A stretch of 64,000 nucleotides of DNA from Acutalibacteraceae bacterium (GTDB lineage Bacteria > Bacillota > Clostridia > Oscillospirales > Acutalibacteraceae), in assembly GCA_045643805.1 (NCBI GenBank), contig JAZRFT010000017.1:88123-152122 (forward strand). The letters are read 5' to 3'. Of this stretch, positions 48,840 to 56,321 are shown one piece after another. The first letter of the stretch is position 1. Each line of letters opens with the position of its first letter. The notes beneath the pieces were generated by a model. The model did not search any database. It had not been told where the DNA came from and worked only from the letters and a program-made list of their open reading frames with translations. A program made the translations under genes and the position numbers.

Positions 48840-49664
48840 TTACTTAAACGCCACATAAACATAAACAATACCATCCTCGTTAAGTCTCGTTTCATTTTCC
48901 ACAGTCTGCTTGTCAAGCACATAAAAGCCCGTGCTTGTAATATGCACATTCTTCGAATTCTTACCGCCAAAGGAAAAACCGCAGTAGTTCCTTAAAAACA
49001 GTATGTCACTGTCAAAAACAACGGGCGGATATCCCTGACGGAAAATGAAAAGCACCTTGGGTCTGAAACCGAGATTTATGGTCTTTTCAATATCGTAGCC
49101 GTGACCTGTGTAGGTTCCTGTTACAAAAGGCTCGTTGTATTTCGCATGCTCGGTGGCGGTTACGTGAATGTCCTTGTCGTTGACATGGGTCTTGCAGAAA
49201 AAGTTATGCGGAACGGTTATTGACTCGTTCTGTGAGTCGGGTGCGGGGCAGGTCTCCCTTTCGTAAAAGATTTTACATACAATACGGAAGGCCTTGACCT
49301 CATCATCGTATTCCGTTTCACCGATGGTGTAGCCGGAAATTTCCGTGATGTATTTTTCGTTGAGGAAGGTCAGCACCTCCTCAAGCAGAATGTGAGTGTC
49401 CGAGGCAAGACTTCCAAGCGGTGAGAAGCAGGTCATTCGTATTGTAACCTCGTTTTTCTGGCAGAATTCCTTGTTTTCGTTTTCAAAGTAGCTTATGGTG
49501 TTCTGCTCGGGGACAAGGGAAAGGTAGATTTTTTTAAGAGGAATAGGCAGGTCCTTGGTGTCAAAGCCTCTTATGGCGTCGCAGTTTTCAGGCTGAAGAA
49601 TGTTGTTGATGTCATCTATCATTCCTTCAATTATCTGTGATGTAAAAAGCATATAAATTTCCAT
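48840..49664 (-). CDS. Hypothetical protein, last gene of the phage-like block (274 aa)
   Basis: It follows a 147-nt gap after the connector genes, and I recognise no family. The start is ambiguous: ATG at 49664 or at 49652. Confidence 0.4.
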   Translation of the reverse strand: MEIYMLFTSQIIEGMIDDINNILQPENCDAIRGFDTKDLPIPLKKIYLSLVPEQNTISYFENENKEFCQKNEVTIRMTCFSPLGSLASDTHILLEEVLTFLNEKYITEISGYTIGETEYDDEVKAFRIVCKIFYERETCPAPDSQNESITVPHNFFCKTHVNDKDIHVTATEHAKYNEPFVTGTYTGHGYDIEKTINLGFRPKVLFIFRQGYPPVVFDSDILFLRNYCGFSFGGKNSKNVHITSTGFYVLDKQTVENETRLNEDGIVYVYVAFK

Positions 49665-49811
49665 AGCCCTTTCTGGCTACAAATTTGTATGAAAACGGAG
49701 ACATCAGCCTTGTTGTAGCCTGACAAGGCGTGATGGAAATTCAGTCCATCTCGAAATTTGTTAACGACAAATTTTGAGGGACTTATAATCGGAATAGCGT
49801 GATTATTCACG

Positions 49812-50195
49812 CTATTCCTCCTTGCTTACAATTGACCAGGTATAATAGGGGTTTTTGCCGAGGTAAACCTTTTCGGTGTGGTCAATGCTTAAGTGTTTTT
49901 CGCCGAAAAAAAGTGAAACGGATGTGCCGTCAACAACGGAGAGATCAATATCGGCAGGGGAAATGAGCAGGTACTTTTTAAGACTGTCATATCCGAGCTC
50001 TGTTGCAACACCGCGAAGGTAGATTTTGTTTTTGTATCGCAGCGGCTGAAGAAAGGCGTTGAAGCTTGCTACCGTTTCACCGTCCTTTTTAATTGTAAGG
50101 CATACACCTGATTTTTTAAAAAGAGCCTTCGGGGCTTTATCAGTAACCACAGCAATAGAACCCCCCGTCAATGAGTATTGAAGCGGCTTCTGCAA
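49812..50195 (-). CDS. Hypothetical phage head-tail joining candidate (127 aa or shorter)
   Basis: The call is positional, downstream of the connector gene. It overlaps the upstream ORF by 56 nt if the ATG is used. An internal GTG at 50150 would reduce the overlap to 11 nt. Confidence 0.4.
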   Translation of the reverse strand: MQKPLQYSLTGGSIAVVTDKAPKALFKKSGVCLTIKKDGETVASFNAFLQPLRYKNKIYLRGVATELGYDSLKKYLLISPADIDLSVVDGTSVSLFFGEKHLSIDHTEKVYLGKNPYYTWSIVSKEE

Positions 50196-50502
50196 TGGCG
50201 GTATCTCTCAACAGCGTTTCTCTCTCAAGTGCTTTTGAAGGGTTATTTGTTATTGAAATGTCGCCTACGCGGTAGCTTTCATACTTTTCCGGCTCACACA
50301 GGGTACGGACAAAAAAGTGGTAGTGTGCTACCGCGGCAGCTGTCCTTGTCACAAGTGGGTCTTCCGCCTTGGCGTCGGACTTGAGGCGGGAATTAACCCA
50401 CTCAAGTCCGGCATCACAGCAGGGGATAAGCTCCTCGTCGGGATAATCGGCGGTGTCATAATTACTGCGAAGGACGGTTAAAACATCATTTGCTGTAATC
50501 AT
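50140..50502 (-). CDS. Phage head-tail connector (gp6-like) candidate
   Basis: It is a 120-aa protein directly after the capsid gene. Its helical N-terminal pattern resembles gp6-like DNA-packaging/connector proteins. Confidence 0.5.
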   Translation of the reverse strand: MITANDVLTVLRSNYDTADYPDEELIPCCDAGLEWVNSRLKSDAKAEDPLVTRTAAAVAHYHFFVRTLCEPEKYESYRVGDISITNNPSKALERETLLRDTAIAEAASILIDGGFYCCGY

Positions 50503-50516
50503 CAGGGAGCCTCCCT

Positions 50517-51521
50517 TTATGCACAGGTCATCTTAACGCAGGAATTGTCGTAAATCTTTGAGAAACCTGCAATTGTAGTGATAGCTGCTCTTTCAAGCTG
50601 ACGGTCGATAAGCTTGTCGAATTCTGTTGTTACGGGCATAGCTTCAACCTTTTCAAGGGCACAGCTCTTATCAAAGCCGATGATTGACTGCTCGGGTACA
50701 TTTTCACTCTTGAAGAGCTCGGCGCCGAGAGGTGTAATCATCTTACCAGTTGCGTGGAAGTCAAGTCCCTTGTAGCTGTCTCTGAATTCGGGAAGTGCGA
50801 GAAGCTTGCTCATAATATCGGGAGAAGCGATGAGAGTTGTGAGACTGTGGGGTGAAAGTGAATTCCAGATGTTGATAAGGTCAGCATAGGTGATATCTGC
50901 GCCTGAGGCGGCTACACTTGCTGCGCTGTTGCTGTTACCGTCACCGTTGATAAGCACGTCAATAGCCTGTGCAAGCTGGGCACGGGCAATGCCTGCACCA
51001 ATCTGCTTGAGGGCAACGGTGAAAAGGTCAAGACGCTGGAAGCGGATTGCTTCATAGGAAGCACTGAGAAGACGGCCGCATTTATGAAGTGAAACAAGCT
51101 TTGTTTTTGTAACAATTTTTGTTTCGGGAATAAAGGCGCCTTCAGCAATGAGTGAGGGTGCAGAAGCCTCTTCACCGCCTTCAGTTGTTACTGAACGGTA
51201 GTCAAGGCCGTCGATTTTAGTAGTAGTTGCAACGATTGAATCAAGGATGCTTGAGTTTTCAATTCCCTGTGCAACGGAACGTGAAACATATTCGGGGAAA
51301 AGAGTAGCAGCGTCTGTGGTTCTGAAAAACTTTTCAATGGGGTCACTGTTTTTGCCGCTTACCTTGATGTCAAAGCGCTTGAGCTGACGCTGGAAGGCAT
51401 CAAGGCCTTCAAGCTCTGTGCCGATATAGTTTTCACTGGGGTCGATGCTTTCAAGGGCATCAGAAAAGCTTTTGCCGGTTGTGTAAAGACCCTTGTCGAG
51501 TCTGATGTTATCAAAATTCAT
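50517..51521 (-). CDS. Phage major capsid protein
   Basis: The RBS AAGGAGGA is strong. This 334-aa protein lies between the decoration-like and connector genes. Composition and position are typical of an HK97-fold MCP without a delta domain. Confidence 0.7.
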   Translation of the reverse strand: MNFDNIRLDKGLYTTGKSFSDALESIDPSENYIGTELEGLDAFQRQLKRFDIKVSGKNSDPIEKFFRTTDAATLFPEYVSRSVAQGIENSSILDSIVATTTKIDGLDYRSVTTEGGEEASAPSLIAEGAFIPETKIVTKTKLVSLHKCGRLLSASYEAIRFQRLDLFTVALKQIGAGIARAQLAQAIDVLINGDGNSNSAASVAASGADITYADLINIWNSLSPHSLTTLIASPDIMSKLLALPEFRDSYKGLDFHATGKMITPLGAELFKSENVPEQSIIGFDKSCALEKVEAMPVTTEFDKLIDRQLERAAITTIAGFSKIYDNSCVKMTCA

Positions 51522-51567
51522 AGTTGAAAATCCTCCTTAAGTAAGTTGTTTTAATCGGTACACTTTA

Positions 51568-51912
51568 TTAAAGTATGAATTCAAAGGTTTTTGCAGTCAA
51601 GTCAACACCTACAACTGTGTAGGGTGTGCCGTTTTCTTCGTCAACCTCAAGGTTACCCATGGAGCCGGTAACAAGCTTGCAGATGCCCACAGAGGGAAGA
51701 GTATCCTTGAAGGATGCAACTGCGTAGCCCTTCATAATAACGGAAGCTACTCCGTCACGGTATGAAGCAACAATGCCTGTGAAGGGGTCACCTCTGTCGG
51801 GGTAATATACCTCGCCGGAGCTCTGGAGAGCAACTGCTCTGTTTGTGAATAATGCTGATGCAGCGCGGAATGTAGCTTCGTTTGTTGCAAAGCCGTTTAA
51901 AAGTGCGTTCAT
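51568..51912 (-). CDS. Small Gly/Val-rich protein, DUF2190-like head decoration candidate
   Basis: The RBS is AAGGAGGA. This 114-aa protein lies between the protease/scaffold and capsid genes. Confidence 0.45.
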   Translation of the reverse strand: MNALLNGFATNEATFRAASALFTNRAVALQSSGEVYYPDRGDPFTGIVASYRDGVASVIMKGYAVASFKDTLPSVGICKLVTGSMGNLEVDEENGTPYTVVGVDLTAKTFEFIL

Positions 51913-51927
51913 ATTGTATAGTCCTCC

Positions 51928-52875
51928 TTAAATTTTAAATGAGTTATTGTTTGATTCGTTTTTCTTGGGTGTTACAGCCTTAAGCTGAAGGGTGACGGGA
52001 ATGATTTCACTTGCCTGGTCGCGAAGGCTTTCCATAAGAGTCTTAAGTTCTGTTGAATTCATACTCTTACAGCCTGCACAAAAGGCGTCGATATTCACCT
52101 TGTGCATAGAAATCAAAGCATATTTTCGGATTTCCGAGCAAAGATGCTCTCTGTAAAGCTCTCCGTCGTGTGCCTTGAGCTCAAGCTCGTTTATGTAGCT
52201 TTTTGAATAAAGCTCCATATTTTCTTTGTTGTTTATTTCAGCAGGACGGCTGACAGCCTTTTTTTCTCCCTTTGCCTTCTCTTTTGAAAAAGCCTTTGTA
52301 ACTCCTGCATTTTTCTGTGCGGGTACAGCTACGAATGACCATTCGTAAGCATCGGTAGCATTGTTTAAGATGCCGTGGCATTGCTTTTTGCCGTAGTATT
52401 TGCCCTTGATATGGTTGCATTCGTGAGTTTTCATATTCTTTCCGCAGATTGAGCAGGTCATACTGCCCATTGAACATCCTACGCTTACCTCTTTTTTTAT
52501 GCCGCCCTCAATCTGCTCAATCATATCCTTGTTTTCATCTGTAACAAGCATATAGGCTGTAGCCTTAAGCGCAACATAGCCTTCACCTGTGGATGTCTTT
52601 TTGCTCTTGTCCTCCTGAAGCCAGGTTTTGAAAATTCTCGCCTTCTGGTTAACAGAGCTCATATTGTGGTCCGATATACCGGTTTTACCGATGAAAAGTT
52701 CGGCAAGTTTTTTAAGTGCTTCAACGTCAAAGCGTTCAAAATCACGGTCAACCTCGTTGTCGCAAAGGGTAAGATTGAAGCAGTAAACATCCTCTGCTTT
52801 GAGGGGATTTCTTGCATAGGTGTTGATGAGGGCAAGATCCTCTGCAGCAGGCGTGTTGTTAATTGCTGTTGTCAT
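51928..52875 (-). CDS. Prohead serine protease (S78/HK97-like) fused to a scaffold-like C-terminal region
   Basis: Start moved to MTTAINN after AGGAGGTG. Candidate catalytic His (GISDHN) and Ser (VSVGCS) are present, plus a conserved EWSFVAVPAQ block. A Cys4 insert is CSICG...HECNH, and the C-terminal 110 aa are charged and helical. Confidence 0.6.
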   Translation of the reverse strand: MTTAINNTPAAEDLALINTYARNPLKAEDVYCFNLTLCDNEVDRDFERFDVEALKKLAELFIGKTGISDHNMSSVNQKARIFKTWLQEDKSKKTSTGEGYVALKATAYMLVTDENKDMIEQIEGGIKKEVSVGCSMGSMTCSICGKNMKTHECNHIKGKYYGKKQCHGILNNATDAYEWSFVAVPAQKNAGVTKAFSKEKAKGEKKAVSRPAEINNKENMELYSKSYINELELKAHDGELYREHLCSEIRKYALISMHKVNIDAFCAGCKSMNSTELKTLMESLRDQASEIIPVTLQLKAVTPKKNESNNNSFKI

Positions 52876-54031
52876 CAGTTTTTTCACCTCCTGTTTCGGT
52901 AATGAGTTTTTGCGTTTGTGCATCATAGTATCGGCTTCTTGAAAGCTCGGTGATATCCTGAAGAGTTATTGCTTCCCAGTTGATTTCGAAGTCACAGTCA
53001 AAGCCGTTGAGCCTTAAGAAAAGGCGGCAGATCTGTGAGATGACGGGGTTGAGCTGTCGACGGTAAAATTCAATTTCACTTGTAAGGATATCCGCCTGCT
53101 GATAGCTCATTCGCTCGGTGGTTGACCAGCTTAAGCCAAGCAGAAAGGGCGGAATGCCCAGCTTTGCTACAATCTGCTCAAGCATTTCTCTTACGGGAAC
53201 ATCACTGTCAAGAATCTGATTGTCTGCGCCGATTGCCTTGATGTTGACGTCACCTACGGCAACAAAGTCCTTTGCGGCACCGCTGCCCGAGGACATCGCC
53301 TTACTCCATTCGTTGGCAACAAGCATTGCCCTCTCTTTGGCATATGCCTTGTCGATGACGTCATTCTGAGGCTTGTAGGTAACGGCAAAACGTACATTGC
53401 CGTCCCTTTCCCAGTTGGTACCGATGGTATTGTAAATTTTAAGCAGAATGTCACTTACAAAGGGCAGACCCTTAAGGATTGATGTTCCGTAAATGCTTCC
53501 CGGCTCAGGGTTAAGCACGGAGAGAAGCACGAGTGCAGGATATTTTACGGGCACAAAGGTGCCGTTTCCCTTGTCAGCACTCACAATAATGTCAAGAGCG
53601 CTGCTGCCTTCCGACAATGAAACAGCCTTAAGGTCAGCATTGTAAAGGTGGGTAACGGTGCTTCCGTCGGTTACGATTTCACCTATCGATGTGCCGTAGG
53701 TGAGAAGCTGTTCAAGGAAGGTGGACACAAAAGCGTCAATACCCTGTCTTGTGCCGCTTACGTTGACATTTTTAAGGAAATCTTTGAGAAGGTCTTCCGC
53801 GGCTCGGTTTTCACAGTTAATTTCAAAGGTGCCGATAAGTCTGATAAGCTTATAAATTGCGGCATCGATTATGGGAATTGCTTCTCTCAAGGATTTGTAA
53901 AGCGCCATATCGGCAGAAGATAGGGGGTTATAATTCTGCAGAGTCAGAAAGGGATGCTTTGCTCCCGATGTCTGCGGTACTGCGATAACCGCACTTTCGG
54001 GTGTTTCTTTTTTTCTTTTCCCGATTGCCAA
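52859..54031 (-). CDS. Phage portal protein
   Basis: The TTG start lies 8 nt after AAAGGAG; the GTG at 54040 overlaps the SD. This ~390-aa protein lies directly after terL. Confidence 0.7.
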   Translation of the reverse strand: MAIGKRKKETPESAVIAVPQTSGAKHPFLTLQNYNPLSSADMALYKSLREAIPIIDAAIYKLIRLIGTFEINCENRAAEDLLKDFLKNVNVSGTRQGIDAFVSTFLEQLLTYGTSIGEIVTDGSTVTHLYNADLKAVSLSEGSSALDIIVSADKGNGTFVPVKYPALVLLSVLNPEPGSIYGTSILKGLPFVSDILLKIYNTIGTNWERDGNVRFAVTYKPQNDVIDKAYAKERAMLVANEWSKAMSSGSGAAKDFVAVGDVNIKAIGADNQILDSDVPVREMLEQIVAKLGIPPFLLGLSWSTTERMSYQQADILTSEIEFYRRQLNPVISQICRLFLRLNGFDCDFEINWEAITLQDITELSRSRYYDAQTQKLITETGGEKTDDNSN

Positions 54032-54088
54032 GTTTTTCACTCCTTTCCTTCAGGGTGAAAATCCCTGATTTTACTTGTAACAAAGGGG

Positions 54089-55348
54089 TTATCTGTCGGA
54101 GGCAAAAACAAAAAATCCGTCACTCGCATCGTTAAGGACATTGAGCACAAAGTATCGGATATCGTCCATTGCGTGGTCATGCTCTTTTTTAGGAGTATCC
54201 TTGTGTGCTCCTTCCTCCCAACGGTAAAGGGAAAATTCCTTTAATGTGTTCTTGCAGGCGGGAGAAATTCTGATTTTGCCGTCACGGAAGGCACCTTGTA
54301 CCTTGCGGATGCCGTCGGTGACATCATTTTTTGCCGGTATAACGGAAAATTTTCCGTGCCGACAGATACATTCGATGAAGGAGGCGGCTGACGGGTCAAC
54401 AATAACAGCGGCAATGCTTTTGCCTTCTGTCAGCTTTGTCAGCTCGCTGTAATACTCCTCATCGGTTTTGTGGGTGCCCTCTTCCCTTGAATTGAAATAG
54501 TACTCGTCAATGCGGTACCACACTCCGTTGTAAAGTCCCCACAGACCCATAGAGGTGGGGTTGACCGTGCCGTAATCACAGGAAACATAATATTTTTCAA
54601 ATTCCGTTACGGGCGGTGAAAGAGTGTATTTGCCCTTTGCTGCGTCGGGATAAACAAGTCCGTCAACGGCAACCCACTTGCCAAGTACAAACCTTTCATA
54701 AAAGGCTCCGCTGTAAAGACTTTCGTAGCGCCTTATCATTTTTGCGGAAAGCGAAGGATTGTCTGACATCAGGAAGTGGATATAAAGGCAGTTTTTTTCT
54801 TCGTGCTTTTTAATCCATTCCGTGTAAAACCAATGCATAGGATTTTCAGGGTTGCAGTTGAACCAGAACTTTGATCCTGCAACAGAGCAACGGGCAAGAG
54901 CCTGCTCAACAAAGGAACGGGGCATGAGGGCAACTTCATCAAGGAGAATTCCGCCAAGGGTCATACCCTGAATAAGGGAAGCAGAGCTTTCATCTCTGCC
55001 GCCGAAAAGGTAAAAGCGGTTGGTTTTTCCGCCGTGGGAGACCTCAATCATATTCTGGCTGTACCTTTCCTTGCATTCAAAGCCAAGCTCCTTAAGTCGG
55101 GGGATAAGGTCGGTTATAATGTTGCGCCTTAAGGAGGTTATGGTTTTTCCGCAAATCGCAAAGGAGGTATCGTCAAAGCTGTAAAAGGTCCATGCAACAA
55201 AGGATAATGACATACAGGTCGTTTTGCCGCTTCGCACAGCTCCGTCACATATAAGCCCATCATAGCTGCAAAAAGGTGAGCTTTTATGCCACCAGGAGAA
55301 AACGGCAAGCTGTTTTTTTGAAAAGCTGCTGAAGCCCTGCTTACTCAA
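54089..55348 (-). CDS. terL: Terminase large subunit (PBSX-type)
   Basis: Walker A is GAVRSGKT and Walker B-like is GILLDEV. A C-terminal nuclease half is present. The likely TTG start lies 5 nt after AGAGGA and overlaps the terS stop by 8 nt. Confidence 0.88.
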   Translation of the reverse strand: MSKQGFSSFSKKQLAVFSWWHKSSPFCSYDGLICDGAVRSGKTTCMSLSFVAWTFYSFDDTSFAICGKTITSLRRNIITDLIPRLKELGFECKERYSQNMIEVSHGGKTNRFYLFGGRDESSASLIQGMTLGGILLDEVALMPRSFVEQALARCSVAGSKFWFNCNPENPMHWFYTEWIKKHEEKNCLYIHFLMSDNPSLSAKMIRRYESLYSGAFYERFVLGKWVAVDGLVYPDAAKGKYTLSPPVTEFEKYYVSCDYGTVNPTSMGLWGLYNGVWYRIDEYYFNSREEGTHKTDEEYYSELTKLTEGKSIAAVIVDPSAASFIECICRHGKFSVIPAKNDVTDGIRKVQGAFRDGKIRISPACKNTLKEFSLYRWEEGAHKDTPKKEHDHAMDDIRYFVLNVLNDASDGFFVFASDR

Positions 55349-55856
55349 TGCTGTCCTCTTTAAGTGCTGAGGCACAGGATGAAATTGCATTGTAAAGTGA
55401 GTTTTCTGTCATATAATCCTTTTCGTCACAAAGCTGCTGTAATTTTTCAAGAGCTTTAAGACGGTCAAAAAACTTGATTTCAATATCTCCGCCCTTTTTT
55501 CTCTTGATTTCGGAAATATTAAAAAAATCCATTTCCTCAAGCTTTTCCTTTTCGGGGTCTTCGGAATATAAAAGTCCGATTGCATCACTGACACAGCCGA
55601 AGGCAAGTCGTACGTATCCTTGAGCGATATCCTTTCTGTCGGCCCTTCGCTGCTTGTCAAGCTCATCAATGTAGTCTTTTATCTCCTTTCTTTTCAGAAG
55701 TCGCAGTGCGGCCTTTTCCGGAAACATATAGCCGGATTTTGCCGCCGCCTCTCTGCCGTTGCAGCTTACACTGCAGTAGGTGCAGAAAAGCTTTTCTTTA
55801 CTTGTGAGTTCTTTTTTTATGGTTAATTCTCCTTTCCGAGAGGAAATACCCCTCAC
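55341..55856 (-). CDS. terS: Terminase small subunit
   Basis: The N-terminal LTSKEKLFCTYY..NGREAAAKSGY HTH-like motif is typical of Terminase_2-type small subunits. The start codon is uncertain (GTG at 55856, or an unusual codon after AAAGGAGA). Confidence 0.65.
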   Translation of the reverse strand: MRGISSRKGELTIKKELTSKEKLFCTYCSVSCNGREAAAKSGYMFPEKAALRLLKRKEIKDYIDELDKQRRADRKDIAQGYVRLAFGCVSDAIGLLYSEDPEKEKLEEMDFFNISEIKRKKGGDIEIKFFDRLKALEKLQQLCDEKDYMTENSLYNAISSCASALKEDSIE

Positions 55857-56010
55857 TTATAGTCCGGAAAACGCAATTTGTGGCATGATTTTGTCCGTTT
55901 TTTGCCTTGAAATGCGAAAATTTTTCAAAAATATTTTTTCCGGGACAAAAAACGGACTGAAAACAGGCAATTTACTGTTTTGTAAAAATGAATAATTTTT
56001 GAATTAACTA

Positions 56011-56039
56011 TTGACATTGTTTAAATGCTGATATATAAT
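56011..56039 (+). promoter_or_regulatory. Consensus sigma-A promoter of the 27-aa peptide gene
   Basis: TTGACA, a 17-nt spacer, then TATAAT, with both hexamers perfect. Confidence 0.7.
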
Positions 56040-56095
56040 TAAAGTAACTTGAAGGAGTGAATCCTTAGGTTTAATATTAAAAGGAGGAAATAATA

Positions 56096-56179
56096 ATGGA
56101 AATGATTAAGGAATATTGGCCTCAGATCGTAGCTTTCTTTGATAAGCTCTACGCTATTCTTAAGGGCATTCTTGCTTAA
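56096..56179 (+). CDS. Unannotated 27-aa amphipathic peptide (MEMIKEYWPQIVAFFDKLYAILKGILA)
   Basis: The RBS AAAGGAGGA lies 7 nt before the ATG. A perfect promoter lies upstream and a terminator at 56238. It is below the ORF-track cut-off. Confidence 0.55.
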   Translation: MEMIKEYWPQIVAFFDKLYAILKGILA

Positions 56180-56237
56180 TAATTTTTAACTGCGCATTAA
56201 AAATTTAAAGCTATTTTAAAATTTGAAATTTTAAAAT

Positions 56238-56270
56238 AAAAAGCCACCCTGATGGGTGGCTTCTTATTTT
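56238..56270. terminator. Bidirectional terminator (peptide gene / mfd)
   Basis: AAAAAGCCACCC-tgat-GGGTGGCTTCTTATTTTT. A second hairpin GCTGACGG/CCGTCAGC lies at 56283..56310. Confidence 0.75.
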
Positions 56271-56321
56271 TATAAAAGTAATGCTGACGGATTTTGCAGT
56301 TTCCGTCAGCAATTTTTTGTT

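Larger units (their letters stand above)
48840..55856 (-). mobile_element. Phage-derived packaging/head-morphogenesis module with no tail, lysis, integrase or regulatory genes
   Basis: Nine co-directional, tightly packed ORFs include terS, terL, portal, protease, capsid and connector homologues. See the individual CDS entries. Confidence 0.75.
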
